Shown here one piece after another: positions 8,301 through 15,525 of a stretch of DNA of 16,369 bases. The translations under genes were made by a program, and so were the position numbers. This DNA is from Candidatus Nitrosoabyssus spongiisocia. GTDB taxonomy: Archaea; Thermoproteota; Nitrososphaeria; Nitrososphaerales; Nitrosopumilaceae. Below the pieces are notes generated by a model that ran no database searches, was not told the DNA's origin, and worked only from the letters and a program-made list of their open reading frames with translations. The first letter of the stretch is position 1; the number at the start of each line of letters is the position of its first letter. The stretch lies in contig CP136752.1 of the NCBI GenBank assembly GCA_033471095.1, positions 1,220,217-1,236,585 of the forward strand, given 5' to 3'.

Positions 8301-8582
8301 TGCTGTACCTGATGATTCATGTACAACTGTAAAGTATGCCCATTGACCTTTCTGCAAAACACCACTAATTGTGACATTCTGAGATACGTTACCTCTTAGC
8401 ATATCATATGTCAAATCCGTGTTAGCATAAGGGGAATAATCCAATATAGGGCTTTGAAATACAATATTGTCTTGTGCCAGACCATTGCCAAAATCAACGA
8501 ATCTAGCAAAACCTCTATTGCCACCAATATTTGCCCATACCGAGATGGTAAAGTCTGTATTGTAGAATAGACTACCTGCCAA
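5340..8582 (-). CDS. Large surface protein segment: LamG (concanavalin-like) domain + Ig-like repeat + 6x DUF5011/HYR-like Ig repeats + Thr/Ser/Asn-rich beta-rich C-terminal half
   Basis: LamG motifs: FTISVWAN, GQWAYFTVVHESSGTATIYHNG, FNGKLDEFRLSSTARSADWIATEYANQ. Six 75-78 aa repeats follow the pattern PPVITLNG..Y.EQNATTDD.SPVTIGGDTVNSS.VGNYTVTYDSVDSAGNNATQV. N-x-S/T sequons are very dense. The called TTG start is mid-domain, and the frame stays open upstream to 8759. No signal peptide or anchor is present. Confidence 0.8.
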   Translation of the reverse strand: MAGSLFYNTDFTISVWANIGGNRGFARFVDFGNGLAQDNIVFQSPILDYSPYANTDLTYDMLRGNVSQNVTISGVLQKGQWAYFTVVHESSGTATIYHNGTSITSGAVHTSNDVNRTTNYIGKINWVFNQFFNGKLDEFRLSSTARSADWIATEYANQNSPSTFFTISTPEDRSVVITSAITNTQGDNIIITFNENITYSATITDFALNGTSATIDSITSNSSSITLNLSRNLLANETIIISYTKTSGGINSTQNTDITLENFVNQPVINNISDTTPPVITLNGNNVVYVELGSSYSEQNATTDDGSPVTIGGDTVNSSLVGNYTVTYDSVDSAGNNATQVNRLVIVSDTIPPVITLNGNSTITLFVGSTYNEQNATTDDNSPVTIGGDTVNSSLKGNYTVTYNSVDSAGNNATQVDRTVIISDAPDDTPPVITLIGNATVYVELGSSYSEQNATTDDGSPVTIGGDTVNSSLVGNYTVTYDSVDSAGNNATQVNRLVIVSDTIPPVITLNGNSTITLFVGATYNEQNATTDDNSPVTISGDTVNSSLVGNYTVTYDSVDSAGNNATQVNRLVIVSDTIPPVITLNGNSTITLNINSTYNEQNATTDDDSPIVIGGDTVNSSLVGNYTVTYDSVDSAGNNATQVNRTIVVSDTIPPVITLNGSSTITLNINSTYNEQNATTDDDSPIVIGGDTVDTDTVGNYTITYNSVDSAGNNAVQVNRIIVVRDTIRPTVVNTPIYDTLAHTLTVTFSENVIIPNSSRLGITSGAFTTTNVDSTNNPTLVFTFSNNISEHVVNTNLQHSSGANVHFPTDSVLDAVNNGIFNTENSLNVQSNVTSSDQMVSPTLLHIDVPLIVTPEHQNVTINYIATTLNTTNITAGLTAKLVSTNDITVMIPTSTIITHDGTWDSQFLAPRTATITVPSTTAGQTTTSHVTITAITLGDVTIDLNLGDTVVSIVFENQGGNNYNAYYVNTIGSTPTQMSSCGTSNIAEINTLLTTTSTNECFVDDNTHVTIYTTHLSTYALTSSTGATSTQVPAPIPFTSSGDGSSSGGGGAGRIFTGGQAPIIAEAIIHKVSWEVS
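6408..7766 (-). repeat. Six tandem coding repeats, period 225 nt (one of 234), DUF5011-like Ig domains
   Basis: The copies fall into subtypes a,b,a,b,c,c. Subtype a reads VYVELGSSYSEQ..DDGSP. Subtype b reads ITLFVG.TYNEQ..DDNSP. Subtype c reads ITLNINSTYNEQ..DDDSPIVIGG. This indicates a higher-order duplication. Confidence 0.9.
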
Positions 8583-8759
8583 GTCTGGAAGATCAAGATA
8601 ATTTACGTAGTCTGGGTATAATCCATAAAAGTTTAATCCATTACCAATTTGTGCAGATACTGAATTATTAGGGCTAAAGGCAAAACGGTTTGGAGTCTGT
8701 GGTGTTGCATGACAATCATTCCCTGATGAGTCTAGGGTAGAGTTTGCAGTAAAAGTGGA
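8583..8759 (-). other. 177-nt nominally intergenic stretch that is stop-free, in frame with both neighbouring ORFs, and encodes the N-terminal strands of the downstream LamG domain
   Basis: My translation: STFTANSTLDSSGNDCHATPQTPNRFAFSPNNSVSAQIGNGLNFYGLYPDYVNYLDLPDL. It runs straight into (L)AGSLFYNTDFTISVW. There is no ATG, GTG or TTG within these 59 codons. Confidence 0.65.
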
Positions 8760-11162
8760 TTAATCCATGTGATAAATTATTTCATAGTCTGAATCCCAAA
8801 CATTATCATGTATAATAGTTGCCGCTAATGAGACATTATAATACATGTAGAGTATGGTATCACTGGTATTGCTCAAAGTAGGTAGACGAACCCAAGCTAC
8901 TAGAGTACCGGTAGTAGCATTATTAGTAAATGACTCAATTTCATGCTGTAATATAGTAAATCCATCACTGCTAGTGAAAATAATATCGGCTCCGTTAGGC
9001 AGAACAGCTGAATTGTTCAAAGCAGAATCAGAGATACTTACTAGAAGGGTAAAGTTTTGAAGAGTTGTAGTTATTTGGTTACTGTTAATAGTAATTTTCT
9101 GTCTAGTATCCCACAAGGAAGGTAAATCAAAAAATTGAACATTATTAGTGATTGGTTGATTTGTAAAGTTTGCAAGTGATAAATCATTCACGTTTGTAAT
9201 ATTACTAGTTGTTTGATTATATGATACTGTTAATGGCAATACAGGTGGAATGTTAGAGTCTAGTGTTAGATTGATGGCAGTGTCATTATGTCTAGTTATA
9301 CTAGTTGTAGCAATACCTGAAATACTTACTGCAAAGTCAGTTGGAGAAGTGGTATTGGTAAGAGTGACTACTTTATCAAAGTTGACAGTTATGTTGTCAC
9401 CTCGCTGGTTTGTGTAAGCGTTAACAAAGATTGGAGGTGGTAGAACATTATTAGTGATTGGTTGATTTGTAAAGTTTGCAAGTGATAAATTATTTACGTT
9501 TGTAATACTACTAGTTGTTTGATTATATGATACTGTTAATGGTAATACAGGTGGAATGTTAGAGTCTAGTGTTAGATTGATGGCAGTGTCATTATGTCTA
9601 GTTATACTAGTTGTAGCAATACCTGAAATACTTACTGCAAAGTCAGTTGGAGAAGTGGTATTGGTAAGAGTGACTACTTTATCAAAGTTGACAGTTATGT
9701 TGTCACCTCGCTGGTTTGTGTAAGCGTTAACAAAGATTGGGGGTGGTAGAACATTATTAGTGATTGGTTGATTTGTAAAGTTTGCAAGTGATAAATTATT
9801 TACGTTTGTAATACTACTAGTTGTTTGATTATATGATACTGTTAATGGTAATACAGGTGGAATGTTAGAGTCTAGTGTTAGATTGATGGCAGTGTCATTA
9901 TGTCTAGTTATACTAGTTGTAGCAATACCTGAAATATTTACTGCAAAGTCAGTTAGAGAAGTGGTATTGGTAAGAGTGACTACTTTATCAAAGTTGACAG
10001 TTATGTTGTCACCTCGCTGGTTTGTGTAAGCGTTAACAAAGATTGGAGGTGGTAGAACATTATTAGTGATTGGTTGATTTGTAAAGTTTGCAAGTGATAA
10101 ATTATTTACGTTTGTAATACTACTAGTTGTTTGATTATATGATACTGTTAATGGTAATACAGGTGGAATGTTAGAGTCTAGTGTTAGATTGATGGCAGTG
10201 TCATTATGTCTAGTTATACTAGTTGTAGCAATACCTAAAATATTTACTGCAAAGTCAGTTGGAGAAGCGGTATTGGTAAGAGTGACTACTTTATCAAAGT
10301 TGACAGTAATATTGTCACCTTGCTGGTTTGTATAAGCACTAACAAAAATTGGAGGTGGTAGAACATTATTAGTGATTGGTTGATTCACAAAGTTTTCTAG
10401 TGTTATGTCTGTATTTTGAGTAGAGTTTATTCCACCACTAGTTTTAGTATATGAGATAGTGATGATTTCATTTGCCAAGAGATTTCCTCTTAAATTCAGA
10501 GTAATTGAAGAGGAGTTTGATGTTATACTATCTATTGTAGCAGATGTACCAGTAAGAGTAAAGTCAGTAGTAGGAATAACCGAATAGATAATGTTTTCAC
10601 TAAAAGTAATTATAATGTTATCACCTTGTGTGTTGGTAATAGCAAAAGTTATCGCTACACTTCTATCTTCAGGTGCAGATATAGTAAAGAAAGTAGAAGG
10701 AGAGTTTTGATTTGCATACTCTGTTGCAATCCAGTCTGCAGAGCGAGCAGTAGATGATAGTCGGAATTCATCGAATTTGCCATCAAAGTAGGAATCAGTT
10801 CCCCAATTGGATCTTCCGATATAGTTTGATGCTCTATTCACATCAAGAGATGTATGTACGGTATCACTAGTAATTGAGGCGCCATTTTTGTAGATAGTTG
10901 CTGTACCTGATGATTCATGTACAACTGTAAAGTGTGCCCATTGACCTGTCTGCAAAACGCCTCTAACTGCGATACCCAGAGAGTAGGCACCCTGTAGCAT
11001 ATTATATCTTAAACCATGGATAAGTTCATAGTAAGCAAATAGAATATTGTCTTGTCTCTCACCATTGCCAAAATCAACGATTCTAGCCTGACTTTTAATG
11101 GCATCAATATTTGCCCATGCCGAGATGGTAAAGTCTGTATTGTGGAATAGACTACCTTCCAA
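8760..11162 (-). CDS. Large surface protein segment: LamG domain + Ig-like repeat + 4x 102-aa Ig-like (SwmB/Big_5-like) repeats + C-terminal DUF2341 domain
   Basis: The LamG region is similar to that of the downstream ORF. DUF2341-like block: LWDTRQKITINSNQITTTLQNFTLLVSISD...NGADIIFTSSDGFTILQHEIESF...LVAWVRLPTLSNTSDTILYMYYN...VWDSDYEIIYHMD-stop. The called TTG start is mid-LamG, and the frame is open upstream to 11339. No signal peptide is present. Confidence 0.8.
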   Translation of the reverse strand: MEGSLFHNTDFTISAWANIDAIKSQARIVDFGNGERQDNILFAYYELIHGLRYNMLQGAYSLGIAVRGVLQTGQWAHFTVVHESSGTATIYKNGASITSDTVHTSLDVNRASNYIGRSNWGTDSYFDGKFDEFRLSSTARSADWIATEYANQNSPSTFFTISAPEDRSVAITFAITNTQGDNIIITFSENIIYSVIPTTDFTLTGTSATIDSITSNSSSITLNLRGNLLANEIITISYTKTSGGINSTQNTDITLENFVNQPITNNVLPPPIFVSAYTNQQGDNITVNFDKVVTLTNTASPTDFAVNILGIATTSITRHNDTAINLTLDSNIPPVLPLTVSYNQTTSSITNVNNLSLANFTNQPITNNVLPPPIFVNAYTNQRGDNITVNFDKVVTLTNTTSLTDFAVNISGIATTSITRHNDTAINLTLDSNIPPVLPLTVSYNQTTSSITNVNNLSLANFTNQPITNNVLPPPIFVNAYTNQRGDNITVNFDKVVTLTNTTSPTDFAVSISGIATTSITRHNDTAINLTLDSNIPPVLPLTVSYNQTTSSITNVNNLSLANFTNQPITNNVLPPPIFVNAYTNQRGDNITVNFDKVVTLTNTTSPTDFAVSISGIATTSITRHNDTAINLTLDSNIPPVLPLTVSYNQTTSNITNVNDLSLANFTNQPITNNVQFFDLPSLWDTRQKITINSNQITTTLQNFTLLVSISDSALNNSAVLPNGADIIFTSSDGFTILQHEIESFTNNATTGTLVAWVRLPTLSNTSDTILYMYYNVSLAATIIHDNVWDSDYEIIYHMD
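9137..10360 (-). repeat. Four tandem near-identical coding repeats, period 306 nt (102 aa)
   Basis: The landmark gaacattattagtgattggttgat recurs at 9137, 9443, 9749, 10055 and 10361. Unit: NQPITNNVLPPPIFVNAYTNQRGDNITVNFDKVVTLTNTTSPTDFAVSISGIATTSITRHNDTAINLTLDSNIPPVLPLTVSYNQTTSSITNVNNLSLANFT. Confidence 0.9.
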
Positions 11163-11339
11163 GTCTGGAAGATCAAGATAATCTCCGTTGTTGTTGTCTA
11201 CTCCATCAAAGTTTAGTCCATTACCAATTTGTGCAGATACTAAATCATTAGATTCAAAGGGAGTAGAGCCTGTAGATAGTGGTGTTGCATGACAATCATT
11301 CCCTGATGAGTCTAGGGTAGAGTTTGCAGTAAAAGTGGA
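11163..11339 (-). other. Second 177-nt stop-free in-frame stretch encoding LamG N-terminal strands
   Basis: My translation: STFTANSTLDSSGNDCHATPLSTGSTPFESNDLVSAQIGNGLNFDGVDNNNGDYLDLPDL, then (L)EGSLFHNTDFTISAW. It has the same length and frame as 8583-8759. The ends are identical, and the centre is diverged but still open. Confidence 0.65.
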
Positions 11340-12748
11340 TTAATCCATGTGATAAATTATTTCATAGTCTGAATCCCAAACATTATCATGTATAATAGTT
11401 GCCGCTAATGAGACATTATAATACATGTAGAGTATGGTATCACTGGTATTGCTCAAAGTAGGTAGACGAACCCAAGCTACTAGAGTACCGGTAGTAGCAT
11501 TATTAGTAAATGACTCAATTTCATGCTGTAATATAGTAAATCCATCACTGCTAGTGAAAATAATATCATCTCCGTTAGGCAGAACAGACTGAATTGTTCA
11601 AAGCAGAATCAGAGATACTTACTAGAAGGGTAAAGTTTTGAAGAGTTGTAGTTATTTGGTTACTGTTAATAGTAATTTTCTGTCTAGTATCCCACAAGGA
11701 AGGTAAATCAAAAAATTGAACATTATTAGTGATTGGTTGATTTGTAAAGTTTGCAAGTGATAAATCATTCACGTTTGTAATATTACTAGTTGTTTGATTA
11801 TATGATAGTGTTAATGGTAATGCAGGTAGAATGTTAGAGTCTAGTGTTAGATTGATTGCAGTGTCATTATGTCTAGTAATACTAGTTGTGGCAATACCTA
11901 AAATATTTACTGCAAAGTCAGTTGGAGAAGTGGTATTGGTAAGAGTGATTTCTCTATCAAAGTTGACAATTATGCTGTCACCTCGCTGGTTTGTATAGGC
12001 GTTAACAAAGATTGGATATGATGGAACATTATTAGTGATTGGTTGATTTGTAAAGTTTGCAAGTGATAAAGTAGGATCTACACTATCAGTGATATTTGTG
12101 CCTGTATCGTTGTATGATAAAAGTGGAGAGTCGTCAAAAGATAGGGTAGAGTTTAGTGAAAGAATTATAGAAGTTGCATTATTACTAGTTATACTATTCA
12201 CAGAAGTGGATGAATTAATTATAGCAAAGTCGCTAAGGAATGTAGTACTACCTACTGTAATATTTTTAGAAAATACAACAATAATATTGCTACCAGTTGT
12301 ATCAGTATACACTCTACTAGGAGGATTCAGAGCTGACATTATTTGTTACACTAGAAATATTAATGGAACCAGAAGGGTGACCATCAATTCTTATCAGAGT
12401 CTGAATAGATGTATAAGATAGACTAAGACTAGTAGTAGGAGTTATGGGCGGAGATACAACTATGGCGATAGTATTAGCGTCAACATTATAAAAATCAGTT
12501 ATGTTATAGTTGGCAGGATTAAACACAAAAGATGAATTTAAATTAGTCCGAGTAGCTAAATCCGTGTATGTGATATTGGAACGAATCGGCACAGATATAG
12601 TTATCGTATCACCATCAGTATTAGTAGATGCATTTATAGGTGCATATTGTCCAAAAGCAGAATCTAGTGGAAAGAGCAAAGTGGCAGAGAGAACGATAAT
12701 AGCAGTTAAAGAGAGAGTCATCACATATGAATGATAGACATTATGCAA
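11340..12748 (-). pseudogene. First module of the surface-protein locus (signal peptide + Ig-like repeats + DUF2341), disrupted by two frameshifts
   Basis: Signal-peptide-like start MTLSLTAIIVLSATLLFPLDSAFGQ; the ATG at 12721 is likelier than the TTG at 12748. The frame changes near 12325-12345 (...ISSVTNNV | NPPSRVYTDTTGSNIIVVF). It changes again at an extra A at 11588: agaacagActgaattg versus agaacagctgaattg in the paralog at 9001-9015. After that, the DUF2341 sequence continues open in the locus frame to the TAA at 11340-11342. Confidence 0.65.
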
Positions 12749-12793
12749 TATTTATCAAAAATAATAAAATGATTTATAATTGTTTGTTTGATG

Positions 12794-12823
12794 GGTTCTG
12801 TTGCAGCTTTGGGTGTTATACAC
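12794..12823 (+). repeat. Copy 3 of the ~30-nt motif (subtype 1): ggttctgttgcagctttgggtgttatacac
   Basis: One mismatch to copy 1 in the 25-nt core. It lies 45-75 nt upstream (on the minus strand) of the surface-protein locus start. Confidence 0.75.
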
Positions 12824-12863
12824 ATAACTTCTTTTTTGAACTTTAATAAAAAATTTATAATTT

Positions 12864-13500
12864 CTAAAAATTAACTGCACTTTTACCAAGTGCTGGTTTA
12901 CGCAGTTCATCTCGTTTACGCATCTTTTCTATTTTCTCAGATTTACGTATTCGTTTTATTTCTCCTTGTTTAGAATCATCCACATATAGACTATTTATCA
13001 GTTTTTTAAAATTTTTTCTACTTTGGCTTTAGTAGGAAATTCAGCCTCCATTTGACATTATATACTCTGACTAGGTAAACATCCAAAATTATTCTCATTC
13101 AGAATTTTAATTAAAAAACTATACACTGTCGATTCAGGATATCTAATTCTAACCAAAGCGGTATAACCATTCTTGAAATTATCACCTATGATTTTTGTAC
13201 CACCATACACAAAAGAGGCGACATTATTTTCCTTGATGAAATTATTCGAATATATATTAAATTGTTTGTAGTAGTTGAAAAATAATCTCTTGAATATATC
13301 ACACCCTTTTTTGTAGAAAAAAATAGTCGTTCTGCATACACTACTACTCCTTTGTATCTGAATTTCAATACTGCCTCCAAGTTAGAATTCACAGCCCTAT
13401 ACATCAAAGAATAGAATTCATGAATCATCATTTTCCTGTTTACTTTTTGTATTAGATCTAGTTTCACTGTAATTTTCATATGTAAGTGGACCAATTCCAT
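12864..13500 (-). pseudogene. Decayed gene for a ~210-aa protein with a C-terminal HTH-like segment
   Basis: ORF 13186-13500 continues in another frame as CDIFKRLFFNYYKQFNIYSNNFIKENNVASFVYGGTKIIGDNFKNGYTALVRIRYPESTVYSFLIKILNENNFGCLPSQSI-stop. The frame switch is plausible at the T6/A7 homopolymers (13307-13323). GYTALVRIRYPESTVYSFL resembles resolvase/IS-type HTH motifs. Further fragments follow stops and a shift: QMEAEFPTKAKVEKILKN and NSLYVDDSKQGEIKRIRKSEKIEKMRKRDELRKPALGKSAVNF. Confidence 0.45.
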
Positions 13501-13602
13501 CTCCTCTCTATTCCATTATGTTCCATTCGATTTACCCTCAAAGTCTGTTTTGATTTATGATGAAAGCGTTTTTGATTATATCTAGTAATTCACCTAAGCA
13601 TT

Positions 13603-13824
13603 ATGCAAATAATCGAAAGTGTAAATATTAAATTATTCCAGGGAGGATATATTTCAAATATGAATAATGATGGAAGATGTGTAATAATTAATCATACTGA
13701 TATTGTAAGTGCTACTGTGATTAACCATTTGCAAGTTTTTGAATCTTATACAGGTAAAGGACTTGTGTATGTGTGTGTAAAAATCACACAATTCGAAGAG
13801 CAGATTGCAAGCATATACAATTAG
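13603..13824 (+). CDS. Hypothetical protein (73 aa)
   Basis: ORF only. I recognised no family. Confidence 0.25.
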   Translation: MQIIESVNIKLFQGGYISNMNNDGRCVIINHTDIVSATVINHLQVFESYTGKGLVYVCVKITQFEEQIASIYN

Positions 13825-13886
13825 TCAAATGTATAGTGATTACAAATAGAGGATATACGAATAATAATTTTAGAATAATGGAATAG

Positions 13887-14739
13887 ACTAGACTGAATCT
13901 GTGTAAATACTGTAATTCAGGTAATATCAAAAAGGATGGTATGAGGAACAGCAAACAAGGAAAAATACAACGATTCAAATGTTTAGATTATAATAAACGC
14001 TTTACATCAAATTTTGAATTTGAGGGTAAACAATCTGATTCAAAAATAATTACAGGTGCATTACAAATGTATTATTCAGGTATGTCAGTTGGAGATATTT
14101 CAACACATTATGAGTTTGATACTGATGTGAATCGTTCTACTATGAATCGCTGGATTGCCAAATACCCTGTAATGTTAACTAGATACCTAGATGAAATCAT
14201 ACCACGTGTTGGCAATTGGATTCGTGCTGATAAAGTATGAATAAAGATGTCAGGTAAACCAAAATATCTATTTGCACCTATGAATAATGACACTCGTTTT
14301 GGTTTAGTTAAAGACATGGCCGATACTAAATTTCAGCACAATGCAGATTATTTGTTGAAACTGACTAAATTGACTACTGGGAATAAAACACCCAAGCATT
14401 TTATCACAGATGGATTACCATCATAGGGTAAATCGTCAAGAAGAGTATTTGGCAGAGAAACACAATATGATAAAAATATACACTTGAAAGGTGAGATGAA
14501 TAACAATATGATGGAACGTCTAAATGGTGAGATTCGTGATTGTAGGAAAGTGTTTAGAGGATTGAAGAGAAGATAGTCTGATTATTAATGGTGTGACAGT
14601 GTATTACAATTGTGCCAAAAAGTATAGTGGTATTGACAATAAGAGACCATCTAAGAGAGCAAAGATAACTGTCAAGGGTCGTAACAAGTGGAATACTTTG
14701 ATACAGAGTGCAAGTTTGCATGATTATGATACTATCTAA
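13887..14739 (+). pseudogene. Degraded DDE transposase (IS remnant; archaeal zinc-ribbon + DDE type, IS6/IS240-like by motif; family uncertain)
   Basis: Open from 13887 with no start codon: CKYCNSGNIKKDG...GKIQRFKCLDYNKRF, where the second zinc pair reads C-x2-Y. WIRADKV-TGA-IKMSGKPKYLFA sits where ADE.W.K.kGk.yLfa is expected (stop at 14238-14240). ITDGLPS-TAG-GKSSRRVFG sits where DGL.sY is expected. NNNMMERLNGEIRDCRKVFRGLKRR is followed by a stop and frameshift near 14570. The tail reads IINGVTVYYNCAKKYSGIDNKRPSKRAKITVKGRNKWNTLIQSA to the TAA at 14737-14739. Confidence 0.7.
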
Positions 14740-15525
14740 TTTTTGGGGCAAAATTTTCAATTAAACCTTTCATTGCATTATGACATTTCTTCATATCCTT
14801 GTTAATAGAGTCAGACTCTAATTGCTCAATATTGCATTCACTACATTTATCAGCATTCATATGGATTTTGTCATGTTTGCCACATAATTTTCCATTTGAT
14901 TCTAACGTTGGATCTAATCTAACGAGTCATTCAACATTAAACATACTCAAATAATGAAACATTGTACTGTGATTTATAATAAGATCAGCAAGGTGCACTT
15001 TATCAGATATGTCCTAAAATTAATTCATCGCTCATTGGTCTTATCCCAATTAGGATAAAAACATAATAATTTCAATTTGTTAAAATTGTCAGTATAGACA
15101 TTTAATTGCTTGAATATATCCTCATACTGTGATGACACCTGTTCATTGTAGGTTATATCAGTATCTTTCAATCCCTCAGTTGCCTGCTCATATTTATCAC
15201 GAGATAAAGTTTACTATTTTATAATAATAGATTGGTAAAGTATCCTGCTTTCTTGTGATGATTAAGAAAATGTTTCATCCAGTAATCTTTTGTAATATCT
15301 TTTTTCTCAAAATGGAAATTACATAATGTGCACATTAGATGATTATTCATGGGATAAACATGTTAATGAAATTGCTGACTGATATTCAAATTTATCACAT
15401 AGTATGTCACTATGATTCATTAAAGATTTTGCATATTTTGCACTATATCTAACACTATTCCATATATTTTTATGAGAAATATGGATTTTAGAATCATCGG
15501 ACACGATTATTTTTAAATAATTCAT
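14732..15525 (-). pseudogene. Heavily decayed gene of unknown family (fragments in three frames)
   Basis: Fragments, in order:
- MNYLKIIVSDDSKIHISHKNIWNSVRYSAKYAKSLMNHSDILCDKFEYQSAISLTCLSHE-stop
- NNHLMCTLCNFHFEKKDITKDYWMKHFLNHHKKAGYFTNLLL-stop
- SRDKYEQATEGLKDTDITYNEQVSSQYEDIFKQLNVYTDNFNKLKLLCFYPNWDKTNER-stop
- DISDKVHLADLIINHSTMFHYLSMFNVE-stop-LVRLDPTLESNGKLCGKHDKIHMNADKCSECNIEQLESDSINKDMKKCHNAMKGLIENFAPKIR-stop
A HEPN/AbiV-like reading is only a faint impression. Confidence 0.4.

Noticed and set aside
8411-8596. Minus-strand 61-aa ORF overlapping the start of ORF 5340-8582.
   Set aside because: It is an out-of-frame overlap with recognisable LamG coding sequence.
8854-9060. Plus-strand ORF 8854-9060, and likewise 12089-12421 and 12510-12734.
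   Set aside because: All are antisense to recognisable DUF2341 or Ig-repeat coding sequence. None has family features.
6408-10360. Regularly spaced repeats that could suggest a CRISPR array.
   Set aside because: The periods are 225 and 306 nt with no short repeat/unique spacer alternation. The units are in frame and translate to Ig-like domains.
13784-14760. Minus-strand ORFs 13784-13978, 14108-14317 and 14554-14760.
   Set aside because: They are antisense to the transposase remnant, whose motifs are recognisable on the plus strand.
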